Source: an uncultured Candidatus Saccharibacteria bacterium (GTDB lineage Bacteria > Patescibacteriota > Doudnabacteria > UBA920). From it: DNA of 64,000 bases. Below the pieces are notes generated by a model. The model saw nothing but the letters and a program-made list of their open reading frames with translations, made no database searches and was not told the DNA's origin. Below are positions 35,757-44,686 of this stretch, piece by piece. The first letter of the stretch is position 1; the number at the start of each line of letters is the position of its first letter. Location: contig CAZLPF010000001.1 in NCBI GenBank assembly GCA_964561365.1, positions 14,581-78,580 on the forward strand. Reading direction: 5' to 3'. Made by a program: the position numbers and the translations under genes.

Positions 35757-37256
35757 TCAGTAGTTCTGGCAGCCGTCCTCTGAGCAGCGCACGCCCGTGG
35801 TTCCGGCCGACGGGTTCTGGAGTTCGGCGGTGAGCGTGAAGCTGTCGAGCTTGGTGCTCACCGTGTAGGCGTAGTCCTTTCCGCTCGTGGGGTCTTTCGG
35901 CAGGGAGGAAATGAACTTCGGTACGAGGTCAGACTTGTAACGGTCGGCACTCGGAAACATGAACGGCACCTCGGCGTCGGGGTCGGTCGTGCTCGCGGCC
36001 TTCGTCTGGCTGTAGAGGAGGAGGGCGCCGCGGAGGGTGTCGAGGTCGGCGCGGCGTCGCTCGTCGGCGAGGTCTGCCTCCTGGGTATCGAGGTACTTCT
36101 GGGCCTGCGCGGCTTTAATTTTAATGAGCTGGCCTTGGGTTTCGCTCTGGAAGGTGACCTGGAAGTCCTTGCCCCCCGAGAGGACCTGGTAGCCGTAGAC
36201 GTACGGGTCTTTGTTCACCGGGTCCTGGGCGTTGACCGCGACTTTCAGGAACGGCTTGACCTTGGCGTACGCGTCTGTGAAGGTTTTTACGTTCGGGTAG
36301 CTGCCGTGGTTCTGCTTGTAGCGGACGATGCCGACCGCCACGGTTGTTACCGCGTTGCTCCGGCGCGTGTCGCGGTCCTGCTTGGCTTCGGCAGACTGGT
36401 CGAAGCCCTTGAGCGCGTCCGGCGTGGCGGTAGCCTCAGTCGAGGTCGCCGGGGTGGACGTGGCGGGCGTCGAAGTAGCGGCCGTGGGCGTTGACGTCGG
36501 CTGGACGTAAATGGTCAGCAGGCCCGCGTGGATGGTGGCCACGGTCGGCTCGTGGAGCCCGAGGCTTCCGATCTTCATGACAATGTCCGCCACGCTCGCC
36601 GTTGAGAGCTTTGTGCTCGTCGGCCGCATGACGTCGTAGCCGCCATTGATGTACTGGCCGTCGTTGTACTCCGGGTCACTGGCGGTCCGGGGGTTAAGCG
36701 GATCGGTCAAAAAGACGTGGAGCTCGTCGCCGTCGGAAAGGCCGTCGGAGTCGGAGTCGGGGTTGTTCGGGTCGGTGCCGACGGTCTGCTCATCTACGTT
36801 CAGGAGCCCGTCGCGGTCCGGGTCGGCCTGCTCGCCGCAGAGCGTCAGCGGATCGCAGCCGGCCGCCCAGTAGCGGGCCGCCCAGGCCGGGTCGAGCTTC
36901 GGTTCGGCTACCTGGCCGGGCGTTTCGATCCCCGGCGCGGGCATGAGTTTTTTGAAAAGGTCCGGGTAGAAGTTCTGGTACGCGTACCAGCCGCCCCCGG
37001 CCAGCAGAGCCACGGCCAGGAACATGATAATCCTCGAGAGCGCGTGGCTGCCGCCGCTTGACGGCTGGAGGTGCTCGTCGGACATCATGATGGGGCTCTC
37101 GGGCGCCGCAGGCGCTTGCGCCGCGACCGGCGCGGCCGGAAGGCTGCCGGGCTGCACGACCTCTCCCCCGCCGCCGCGCGGCATAACGTCGTAGAAGAGC
37201 TCTTCGCCGGAACCTTGCGGTTCGCTCGGTAGGTTCGGTTTGCCTTGTGTGACCAT
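35757..37256 (-). CDS. membrane-anchored extracytoplasmic protein with Asp-rich Ca-binding (thrombospondin type-3-like) repeats, Thr/Pro-rich linker and C-terminal pilin-like domain
   Basis: 499 aa; TM RIIMFLAVALLAGGGWYAY; DPDRDGLLNVDEQTVGTDPNNPDSDSDGLSDGDE repeats; TSTPATSTPATST linker; pseudopilin-like VGIVRYKQNHGSYPN; terminal Cys pair CSEDGC; the N-terminal start is uncertain. Confidence 0.6.
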   Translation of the reverse strand: MVTQGKPNLPSEPQGSGEELFYDVMPRGGGGEVVQPGSLPAAPVAAQAPAAPESPIMMSDEHLQPSSGGSHALSRIIMFLAVALLAGGGWYAYQNFYPDLFKKLMPAPGIETPGQVAEPKLDPAWAARYWAAGCDPLTLCGEQADPDRDGLLNVDEQTVGTDPNNPDSDSDGLSDGDELHVFLTDPLNPRTASDPEYNDGQYINGGYDVMRPTSTKLSTASVADIVMKIGSLGLHEPTVATIHAGLLTIYVQPTSTPTAATSTPATSTPATSTEATATPDALKGFDQSAEAKQDRDTRRSNAVTTVAVGIVRYKQNHGSYPNVKTFTDAYAKVKPFLKVAVNAQDPVNKDPYVYGYQVLSGGKDFQVTFQSETQGQLIKIKAAQAQKYLDTQEADLADERRRADLDTLRGALLLYSQTKAASTTDPDAEVPFMFPSADRYKSDLVPKFISSLPKDPTSGKDYAYTVSTKLDSFTLTAELQNPSAGTTGVRCSEDGCQNY

Positions 37257-37269
37257 TTTTATTTTACGT

Positions 37270-38238
37270 TTAAAACTGCTTGAGGAAGCGTACGTCGTTC
37301 TCCATGAGGAGGCGGATGTCCGGAATGCCGTACTTCATGAGCGCGAAGCGCGACAGGCCGAGGCCAAAGGCGAAACCCTGGTAGCGGCCGCGCCGGTAGC
37401 CGGCGGCCTCGAAGACGTTCTGGTGCACGGCGCCGCAGCCGAGGATTTCCACCCACCTGCCGTCCCGGAAGCGCGGGCTCGACATGGCGACTTCGGCGCC
37501 GGGTTCGACGAACGGGAAGTAGGCGGGCTGGAGCCGCGTGGTAACGTCAGACCCGAAAAAGCGCTTCAAGACGTAGTCGAGCGTCCAGGCCATGGTAGAG
37601 AAGCTCACGTCGGGGCCCACGGCCAGACCCTCCATTTGGTAGAAGGTGTGCTCGTGGGTCGCGTCGGTGGCTTCGTTGCGGAAGACCTTGCCCGCGCTGA
37701 TGACGGAGAACGGCGGCTCGTGGGTCTGCATGTAGCGGATTTGCACCGGCGAGGTCTGGGTGCGCATGACGAGCGGCTGCCCGGCCGACTGGACGTAGAA
37801 GGTGTCCTGGGCGTCGCGCGCCGGGTGCAGCGGCGGCATGTTGAGCGCGGTGAAGTTGTACCAGTCGCTCTCGAGCTCGAAGCCGTGCGCCGTGGAAAAC
37901 CCCAAGCCGCGGAAAATGTTCGTCAGCTCGCGCTCGATTACGGTCATGGGGTGGAGCGAGCCGGCGTTCGGGAGCGCGGGCGGGACGGTCAGGTCGACCT
38001 CCCGCTCGGCCAGGCGCACGTTCGAGGCCGCCTCCACGCGTGTGCGGAGCTCGTTCAGGTGCCGCCCGACCTCCCGGCGCCCCTCGCCGGGGAGTTTCAT
38101 GAGGCGCTCGAAAGCCGCCGTGAGCAGGCCGTGCTTGCGGCTGAGGTACTTCTGGCGGAGCTCCTCGCCGACCACGCCGCTGGCGAGGTCCCTGGCGAGC
38201 TGCTCGGCAATGTCTTCCGGCGGCAGCGCTTCGTTCAC
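37270..38238 (-). CDS. pheS: phenylalanyl-tRNA synthetase alpha subunit
   Basis: 322 aa; class II motifs; FRNE...GLGLSRFAL C-terminal core. Confidence 0.9.
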   Translation of the reverse strand: MNEALPPEDIAEQLARDLASGVVGEELRQKYLSRKHGLLTAAFERLMKLPGEGRREVGRHLNELRTRVEAASNVRLAEREVDLTVPPALPNAGSLHPMTVIERELTNIFRGLGFSTAHGFELESDWYNFTALNMPPLHPARDAQDTFYVQSAGQPLVMRTQTSPVQIRYMQTHEPPFSVISAGKVFRNEATDATHEHTFYQMEGLAVGPDVSFSTMAWTLDYVLKRFFGSDVTTRLQPAYFPFVEPGAEVAMSSPRFRDGRWVEILGCGAVHQNVFEAAGYRRGRYQGFAFGLGLSRFALMKYGIPDIRLLMENDVRFLKQF

Positions 38239-38609
38239 AGGTTCAAAAAAATTTCAATGGCGACAGCAACGAGGACGAGGCTCCCGAACACCCACCAGAC
38301 CAGGAGCCCGTCGGCCGAGAGCGCGAGGCTCGCAACCGAGAGCGAGCCGAGTAGCGCCCCTTGCCGCACGCTCGCGGTCAGGGTGTCGAGGTAGGCGCCG
38401 CCCATGCGGCTGCGGACCGCGAGCCCGAGCAGGGAGCAGATACCGGTCGAAAAAATCCAAACGCTCACGTAGAGGAACGCGAACGTGAGCCAGCTCGCCC
38501 GGGCGGGGTCTGAGTACACGGCGGTGGCGGCGACCGAGGCTCCCGACAGCAGGGTGCTGACCAGGAGGTGGCCGACGTACCGTTTTTCTTTAAACCAACT
38601 CGTCACCAT
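38235..38609 (-). CDS. polytopic small membrane protein, unknown function
   Basis: 124 aa; 4 predicted TM segments; ATGA overlap with the pheS start. Confidence 0.45.
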   Translation of the reverse strand: MVTSWFKEKRYVGHLLVSTLLSGASVAATAVYSDPARASWLTFAFLYVSVWIFSTGICSLLGLAVRSRMGGAYLDTLTASVRQGALLGSLSVASLALSADGLLVWWVFGSLVLVAVAIEIFLNL

Positions 38610-38642
38610 AGTACCATATTTCCTTTGGGTTTGCGGGGCGCT

Positions 38643-41621
38643 TCAGGCTAGGTGCCGGTAGGCGCAGCGGTGGTCGCGGACCTTCTCGTGCTCTTCTGAA
38701 AAGAGGTCGAACTCGGTCACGTGGACGATCCGCTCAATGGTTTTCAGGAAGCCGTCCTTGAGCTCCCCGAGGCGCTCGGGGGTCGCGAGCTCTTCTTCCA
38801 CGAGCTGGTCGGGGCAGAGGTACCAGTAGGTCATGCCGGCGACGGGTTCGCTCAGGAACTCCTCGGCCGCCCACTGGTAAATGTAGAGCTGGTCGAGGTC
38901 CGGCTTGTCGGACTTCTCGGGGACCTTTTCCCCGGTTTTGTAGTCAAAAATGTAGAGCCCGCCGTGGGTTTCGTCCATGCGGTCGATGCGGCCGGTGAAC
39001 TGGTACGGCCCGAGCGGCAGCTTGAAGGGCTGCTCTAAGTATTTCGGCGTGGGCGTGCGCGCTTCGGAGCGCCGGTAGAAGTGCTCGAGGACGCTCTGCC
39101 CGCGCGCGCGGTACTCGGCTTTCTGAATTTTCGTTTTGTACCACTCGTCGATCCAGCACTCGTCGTAGAGCTCGGCGAGCCGCTCCTTTGGCGGCAGGAC
39201 CGGCGCCGCCGGGGCGGCGGCGAATAGGTCGGCCTGCGCGCCGGCCCCCGCTCCCCTGAACTCTTTCAGGTAGCGCTCGAGCACCCGGTGGATGGTTTGG
39301 CCGAAGCTCAGGGCGGCCGAGCCCGGGCTCGGCATCTTTAGGTAGTACTGGTACTTGTACTGCAGCGGGCAGGTTTCGAAGGCCCGGAGCGCCGAGTAGG
39401 AAAACTTCGTCGGCAGGTCTTTGTACACGGCTTTCTTGGCCGTGGGCGCGGTCTGCCCGAACACCACGCGGCCGGTGGCCTTCGTCCCCTCTTTCGGCGC
39501 CGGCAAAAGGCCCGACTCTACGAGGAACGGCGACGGTTTTTTGAGCGTCTTTCCGCCGTAGTCCTTGGCCCACGAAAGGTAGAGGTGGCGCTTGGCCCGC
39601 GTGACGGCGACGTAGAACAGCCGGCGCTCTTCTTCGAGGTGGAAGTCGCCGCTCGGCAGCTGGTCTTTAATGAGCGCGGCCGGCAGCTCGAGGCTCTCGC
39701 CGCGCGCGCGGGTCGGGAATCGCTGCTCGACCATGCCGACGACGAAGACGTAGGTGAACTCCAGGCCCTTGGCCGAGTGCACGGTCATGACCTTCGCGCT
39801 CTCGGGGCCCAGGTTCGGGTCCTGCTGAATCTGGCCTTCGTCACCAGCTTCGAGCCGAAGGTCGAGCTCGTGCAGGAAACCGTGCACGCCCCGGTCTGCG
39901 CTCCGCTGCACGAACTCCTCAACCTGGCGGTAGAACTGCTCGAGCAGCTCGCGGTTCTCCACGTTCTCCGGCGTCTCTTCTTTCAGCAGGTCTTCGACGT
40001 GGAGGTCGGACACCGCCTCGACGAAGACCTCGTTCGCCCCGCGCGTTTGGGCGGCCGCCGCGTGCTTCTGCACGAGCTCGACGAGCGCCGCCGCCCGCCG
40101 CGCGGCCTCGGGGGAGAGCCCGTCGACTTCCCGGGCCCGCGCGGCGACCTCGAACAGCGAGCGCGTGCGCTTGACCGACTCCTGGAGCAGGAGCGCGAGC
40201 TCCTGGGGTTCGAGCTTCCAGTGCGGAAGCTGCAGGGCCCGGTACATGGCGGCCGGGTCGTGGACGTTCACGAGCAGCCGCAGGTAGCTAATGAGGTCCG
40301 AGATGAGCGTTTTCCGGTAGAGGCCGGTGCTGGCCACGAAGGTGTGCGGCACGCCGTAGGCGGCCAGGACCGGCAGCAGCTCTTCGGCCCCGGCGTTGCT
40401 GCGCACGAGCACGCCGAAGTCGTTCCAGGAAGCCTGGTCCCCCGCCCCGTCTTTCAGCGCGATCATTTTTTTAACCACGAGGTGCAGCTCTTCGGTCTGG
40501 TCCGTGCCCTCGATGACCGCCACGACGCCTGCTTCCTTCGCGGAGGCCTTGAGGCGCTTGTCTATGCCGAGGGCTACCTCGAGCCGGTCGGGGTTGTTGT
40601 GCTGTATGAAGTTGTAAGCCAGGTCCAAAATGTTCTGGCTCGAGCGGTAGTTCTCCACGAGCGTCACCTGGGCGGCGCTCGGGTAGTCTTTGCGGAACGC
40701 CAGGATGTTCGAAACCGAGGCGCCGCGGAACTTGTAAATGGACTGGTCGTCATCGCCGACCACGGTCAGGTTCTGGTGCTTCTGGGCTATGAGCTTCACG
40801 AGCTCGTACTGGGCGTAGTTCGTGTCCTGGAACTCGTCGACGAGCACGAGCTTGAACTTGTCCTGGTAGCGCGCGAGGACCGCCGGCCGCTCGCGGAAGA
40901 GCTTGAGCGCGTAGGAAATGAGGTCGCCGAAGTCCAGGGCGCCGGCGCCCAGCAGCAGGCGCTGGTAGGTGTGGTAGGCATTCGCGAGCTCCGTGGCCCG
41001 TGCCGCTTCCCCGCTGGCCGGACCTTCGGTGGCAACATCGGCGTTGGCCTTGAGCCCTCCGGCGTACTTCAGGTAGTCGTCGGGGGTTATGAGCTCGTCC
41101 TTGCAGCGCGAGAAGTGCTTGAGCATAGCCGAAATGAACTTCGATGGGTTCCCGAGGGGCCGGTAGTAGTCGAGCTCAAACTGGTGGAGGTTGTCGTGGA
41201 CGAGGACCCACTGCTCGGCTTCGGTCAGGAGCCGGAAGTTGTCCGGCAGGCCGACCTCGAGCCCCCGCTCTTCCAGCACGCGCTGGCAGAAGCTGTGGAA
41301 GGTCGAGATCCAGGTGTCGGCGTAGCCTAGGGGGAGTATCAAGTCCACGCGCTCGCGCATTTCGGTCGCGGCCTTTTCGGTGAACGTCAGGGCGAGGATT
41401 TCTTCGGGTTTGGCGAGATTGCCGGAAACCGCGCGGGCGATGCGCCGCGTTATGACGGTGGTCTTGCCCGTGCCGGCGCCGGCGACAATGAGCAGCGGCC
41501 CGGCCCCGCGGGTCACGGCCTCGGCCTGCCGTTCGTTTAAGCCTTCGAGCAAGCCGTCTCCGCCGGCCGGCGGAGACGGCTTCTCGACCTTCGCCGGTTT
41601 CTTTTTGCGCTCAGCTGCCAT
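38643..41621 (-). CDS. ATP-dependent DNA helicase (UvrD/PcrA/AddA-type SF1) fused to C-terminal PD-(D/E)xK RecB-family nuclease
   Basis: ~992 aa from MAAERKKK (41621; the earlier ATG would overlap the PIN gene); Walker A AGAGTGKTTV; SF1 motifs; C-terminal nuclease motifs GRIDRMDE, FDYKTG, QLYIYQ. Confidence 0.8.
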   Translation of the reverse strand: MAAERKKKPAKVEKPSPPAGGDGLLEGLNERQAEAVTRGAGPLLIVAGAGTGKTTVITRRIARAVSGNLAKPEEILALTFTEKAATEMRERVDLILPLGYADTWISTFHSFCQRVLEERGLEVGLPDNFRLLTEAEQWVLVHDNLHQFELDYYRPLGNPSKFISAMLKHFSRCKDELITPDDYLKYAGGLKANADVATEGPASGEAARATELANAYHTYQRLLLGAGALDFGDLISYALKLFRERPAVLARYQDKFKLVLVDEFQDTNYAQYELVKLIAQKHQNLTVVGDDDQSIYKFRGASVSNILAFRKDYPSAAQVTLVENYRSSQNILDLAYNFIQHNNPDRLEVALGIDKRLKASAKEAGVVAVIEGTDQTEELHLVVKKMIALKDGAGDQASWNDFGVLVRSNAGAEELLPVLAAYGVPHTFVASTGLYRKTLISDLISYLRLLVNVHDPAAMYRALQLPHWKLEPQELALLLQESVKRTRSLFEVAARAREVDGLSPEAARRAAALVELVQKHAAAAQTRGANEVFVEAVSDLHVEDLLKEETPENVENRELLEQFYRQVEEFVQRSADRGVHGFLHELDLRLEAGDEGQIQQDPNLGPESAKVMTVHSAKGLEFTYVFVVGMVEQRFPTRARGESLELPAALIKDQLPSGDFHLEEERRLFYVAVTRAKRHLYLSWAKDYGGKTLKKPSPFLVESGLLPAPKEGTKATGRVVFGQTAPTAKKAVYKDLPTKFSYSALRAFETCPLQYKYQYYLKMPSPGSAALSFGQTIHRVLERYLKEFRGAGAGAQADLFAAAPAAPVLPPKERLAELYDECWIDEWYKTKIQKAEYRARGQSVLEHFYRRSEARTPTPKYLEQPFKLPLGPYQFTGRIDRMDETHGGLYIFDYKTGEKVPEKSDKPDLDQLYIYQWAAEEFLSEPVAGMTYWYLCPDQLVEEELATPERLGELKDGFLKTIERIVHVTEFDLFSEEHEKVRDHRCAYRHLA

Positions 41622-41632
41622 GAAAAAAATTG

Positions 41633-42085
41633 TTAGGTCCGGCGCTGGCCGGAAATGAAGCTCGCCCACTTGTTCCAGAGGTCCTGGCCCTCGTCTTTGT
41701 AGTTGGCCCAGAACTGCTGCGGCCGGACTATGCGCACGCCCCGGTAGCGCTCTATGGAGAGCAGGTCGTTGTCCGAGGTCACGAGGTAGTCGGCCCGGGC
41801 CTCGACCGCGCTCTCGAGGATTTTATTGTCCTCGCGGTCGCGCACGATCCGCACCTGGCGGTAGTTCGGCACGTCCGAGACCTGCGCGAAGAACTCGTTC
41901 AGCTCCCGCTTGTAGTCGTCGTTGTCCACCACCTGCCTGAGGAGCAGCTTGTTCTCGCGGAGCGTCTGCTTGTTCGCGAAGGCCTCAATCTCCCCGCGCG
42001 CCACCGCGTCGATGATCTTCTTCTCGTAGCTGTACTCGTCGCGGAAGCCGTCGATGAGCACGTTCGTATCTAAAACGATTTTCAC
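41633..42085 (-). CDS. PIN-domain protein (VapC-like nuclease fold), no cognate antitoxin evident
   Basis: GTG start overlaps the TGA of the NYN gene (GTGA); ~150 aa; KIVLDTNVLID and LVTSDNDLL acidic motifs. Confidence 0.65.
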   Translation of the reverse strand: MKIVLDTNVLIDGFRDEYSYEKKIIDAVARGEIEAFANKQTLRENKLLLRQVVDNDDYKRELNEFFAQVSDVPNYRQVRIVRDREDNKILESAVEARADYLVTSDNDLLSIERYRGVRIVRPQQFWANYKDEGQDLWNKWASFISGQRRT

Positions 42086-42639
42086 TGCTCGTGCGGCTTG
42101 GCGAAGTCGTCGCGGGTCTTCATGGGCACCTTCGGCTGCCGCAGGAACTTGCCCTGGTCCTCGTCCATGTCCACGAAGCGCTCGGCGGCCTCGCGCAGCT
42201 TGCCCGAGCACGAGCGCCCGAAGGTCACGACCTCGAAGCCCACCCCGAGCTCCTTGAGGTACTCGGCGAGGGGCAGGTAGTCGCCGTCGCCGCTGCACAG
42301 GACAATGGTGTCCACCGCCGGAATGGTCCGGATAATGTCTACGGTCAGCCCCACGTCCCAGTCTCCTTTCTGCTGCCCGCCGGCGAACGTCTGGAGCTCT
42401 TTGACCTTGAGCTGCCAGCCGCCCTTCTGGAGGGCGTCGAAGAAGGTGTGCTCGAGCGGCTCCTTGGCCTGCACGACGTAGGCCATGGCCCGCGCCAGGT
42501 GCCGGCCGTTTACGGCCGCGGCTAGGACCGCGTTGAAGTCGACCCGCTTGCTGTAGAGGTAGCGGGCGCTGTAGTAGAGGTTCTGGACGTCGGCGAACAC
42601 GCCGACGCGCTGGTAGCGGACGTCAGGGGAAATGTTCAT
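42082..42639 (-). CDS. NYN-domain (LabA/Rae1-like) predicted ribonuclease
   Basis: 185 aa; VGVFADVQNLYYSAR; IVLCSGDGDYLPLAEYLKELG; ATGA overlap with the rmuC stop. Confidence 0.7.
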   Translation of the reverse strand: MNISPDVRYQRVGVFADVQNLYYSARYLYSKRVDFNAVLAAAVNGRHLARAMAYVVQAKEPLEHTFFDALQKGGWQLKVKELQTFAGGQQKGDWDVGLTVDIIRTIPAVDTIVLCSGDGDYLPLAEYLKELGVGFEVVTFGRSCSGKLREAAERFVDMDEDQGKFLRQPKVPMKTRDDFAKPHEQ

Positions 42640-43676
42640 GTGCGGTCGGTCAGGAGCGGGTCGGGTTCGGGCTTGGCCTCGACCTGGAGGTTGGCCGCGT
42701 TCTCAATGCTGCCGCGGAGCTTCATGAAATCCGTGCTGACCGTGCCCATCATGTTGCCGGCGTTCTTTATGTGCACCGAGAGCTTGTCTAGGTTGTCGCC
42801 GAACTTGTCGCTCTCTTTCTTCATGCCGGAAATCATGTTCAGGAGCTGGCCGGCGGCTTTGTTCATCTGCTGGCCGCGGAGCGAAATTAAGATGCTCTTG
42901 AGCAGCAGGTGGAGGCTGTTGGGGCCGGCCATGAAGATCTGTTTGCTCCGCGCGTACTCCGAGGCTTCGGACGACTGGGAGATTTCCTGGAACACGCCCT
43001 CGCCGGGGACGAACATGACCGCGTACTCGAGCGTGCCCTCCTGCGGCAGAATGTACTTTTTGTGGATTTCGTCGATGCGCTTCTTCACGTCTTTCAGGAA
43101 GGCTTTGCGCAGGGTGTCCTGGCTGTCGGGGGTGCCGGCTTCCTGGAGCAGCCGGAAGTTCTCGAGCGAGAATTTGCTGTCGACCGAGAGCATGCGCCGC
43201 TCTTCGCCGACCCATACCACGGCGTCTACCACCTCGCCGCTCTTGAAGCGGTACTGGGCCTCGAAGCCGCCCTGCGGCAGCACCTGCTGGAGCAGGTTCT
43301 CGAGCAGCTCTTCGCCGAAGTTGCCGCGCATTTTGCTGTTGGCGAGCGTTTCGGTCAGCCGCTTTATGTCCGGGCCAATGTTCTGCTGGACCTGCGAGAG
43401 TTGGCCGAGCTCGCGCTGCAGCAGCGAAATGACCTTGGCGGCGTTGTCGAGCCGCTCGTTTATGGCTTTGTTCGTTTCGTTCAGGCTCTGCTGGGTGCCC
43501 TCGCGGATGCTGTCCGTGCCCTGCTTTATCTCTTTCATCCACTCCATCATGACCCCGAGGGCCTGGTTGTCCTGGGGTTGGTTGAGCCTAGCTTTCAGCT
43601 GCCAGACCACGTAGAGCAGGACCCCGATTGCAAGTAAAACTATGGCCCCGAGCGCAAATAAAACTTGGGTATTCAT
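42636..43676 (-). CDS. rmuC: DNA recombination protein RmuC
   Basis: 346 aa; N-terminal TM; long coiled coil; RmuC C-terminal domain (YAVMFVPGEGVF...); TACAAT six nt upstream of the ATG (leaderless-type). Confidence 0.8.
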   Translation of the reverse strand: MNTQVLFALGAIVLLAIGVLLYVVWQLKARLNQPQDNQALGVMMEWMKEIKQGTDSIREGTQQSLNETNKAINERLDNAAKVISLLQRELGQLSQVQQNIGPDIKRLTETLANSKMRGNFGEELLENLLQQVLPQGGFEAQYRFKSGEVVDAVVWVGEERRMLSVDSKFSLENFRLLQEAGTPDSQDTLRKAFLKDVKKRIDEIHKKYILPQEGTLEYAVMFVPGEGVFQEISQSSEASEYARSKQIFMAGPNSLHLLLKSILISLRGQQMNKAAGQLLNMISGMKKESDKFGDNLDKLSVHIKNAGNMMGTVSTDFMKLRGSIENAANLQVEAKPEPDPLLTDRT

Positions 43677-43737
43677 GGCTTAATTGTAACATAAACGCCA
43701 CCTTTTTCATTACCCATTTCAGCCCAATCACCCGTGC

Positions 43738-43770
43738 TAAATCGAAACCGGCACCCACGGGAGTGCCGGT
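43738..43770 (-). terminator. rho-independent terminator after the 43794..44081 gene
   Basis: ccggcac-N9-gtgccgg stem followed by TTTCGATTT on the minus strand. Confidence 0.4.
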
Positions 43771-43793
43771 AGTCGGTAATGTCTGCCGCCCGG

Positions 43794-44081
43794 TTACTGG
43801 GCGGGCTTTTGCGCTTCGGGCTTTGCGGCAAGCGCCTCAAGCCTCTCGCATGGGACGTACGTGATTTGCACGGTGTTGTTGTAGAAAGAAACAACAGTCG
43901 CCGTGGCGTACATCGAGTAGCACACGCCAGGACGCTTGGGGTCCTTTACGTACACCATCTTGGAAACCACTTCGTTGGCCTTGTCTGGGCCAATGGCGGT
44001 GATTGCTGGGCCGAAGCCCCGAAGCAACATCATCCCAAGCACAATCGCGACACCGATCGCGAACATCTTACCAAGTGACAT
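43794..44081 (-). CDS. small secreted/membrane-anchored protein with two Cys, unknown function
   Basis: 95 aa; AAGGAGG SD; N-terminal hydrophobic signal/TM; divergent from hsp20 and shares its CIRCE-containing intergenic region. Confidence 0.45.
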   Translation of the reverse strand: MSLGKMFAIGVAIVLGMMLLRGFGPAITAIGPDKANEVVSKMVYVKDPKRPGVCYSMYATATVVSFYNNTVQITYVPCERLEALAAKPEAQKPAQ

Positions 44082-44135
44082 GATATATCCTCCTTATATA
44101 TTTTACTATATTTAGAAGATTTTGTCAATTTATCC

Positions 44136-44170
44136 TTGACGAATTAGCAGTCTCGGTATTAGACTGCTAA
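44136..44170 (+). promoter_or_regulatory. CIRCE-like HrcA-type operator overlapping the hsp20 promoter
   Basis: TTGACG -35 at 44136-44141, then the perfect dyad TTAGCAGTC-N9-GACTGCTAA (44144-44170). Consensus CIRCE is TTAGCACTC-N9-GAGTGCTAA; the two differences are symmetry-preserving. Confidence 0.55.
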
Positions 44171-44224
44171 TAGGATTAACTAGGTTCCAACAAGGAGGGG
44201 CGGAACCTAAAAGAAAGGAAACCA

Positions 44225-44644
44225 ATGGTCAACTTAATCCCCCGCTCCGCATTCGGGCTGTCCCGCTTGCCGAGCATTTGGGACGACGCCGACGACCTCT
44301 GGCCGCTCTCCGGCACCGCCGGTTCTTCCGGCCTTTCGGTCTCGGAAGACGACCGGCACGTCTACGTGGAGGCCCAGGTTCCGGGCGTAGATGCCGACAA
44401 GGTCGACGTGACCTTTGACCAGGGCATGCTCTGGATAAAGGCCGCGCAGGACCGTGAAGAGAAGAACGAACAGCGGAAGTTCTACCGCCGCTCGGCGTCC
44501 AGCTTCTCCTACCGCGTGGCCATTCCCGGAGACGTGGACGAGACGAAAGAACCCGAGGCGACCTGTAAGAACGGCATCATGAAAGTGACGTTCACCAAGC
44601 GCCCCGAGGTCCAGCCAAAAAAGATTTCGGTCCGGAAAGAGTAA
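44225..44644 (+). CDS. Hsp20/alpha-crystallin family small heat-shock protein
   Basis: 139 aa; alpha-crystallin domain (VYVEAQVPGVDADKVDVTFDQGMLWIKA...; C-terminal IMKVTFTK). Confidence 0.85.
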   Translation: MVNLIPRSAFGLSRLPSIWDDADDLWPLSGTAGSSGLSVSEDDRHVYVEAQVPGVDADKVDVTFDQGMLWIKAAQDREEKNEQRKFYRRSASSFSYRVAIPGDVDETKEPEATCKNGIMKVTFTKRPEVQPKKISVRKE

Positions 44645-44650
44645 TATAAA

Positions 44651-44686
44651 AAAACCGGTCAACCTTTTGGCCGGTTTTTTTATTTA
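44651..44686. terminator. bidirectional rho-independent terminator
   Basis: accggtcaa-cctt-ttggccggt (9-bp stem with one G-U pair) followed by T7 on the plus strand and a T-tract on the minus strand; between hsp20 and the AT-rich gene. Confidence 0.6.
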
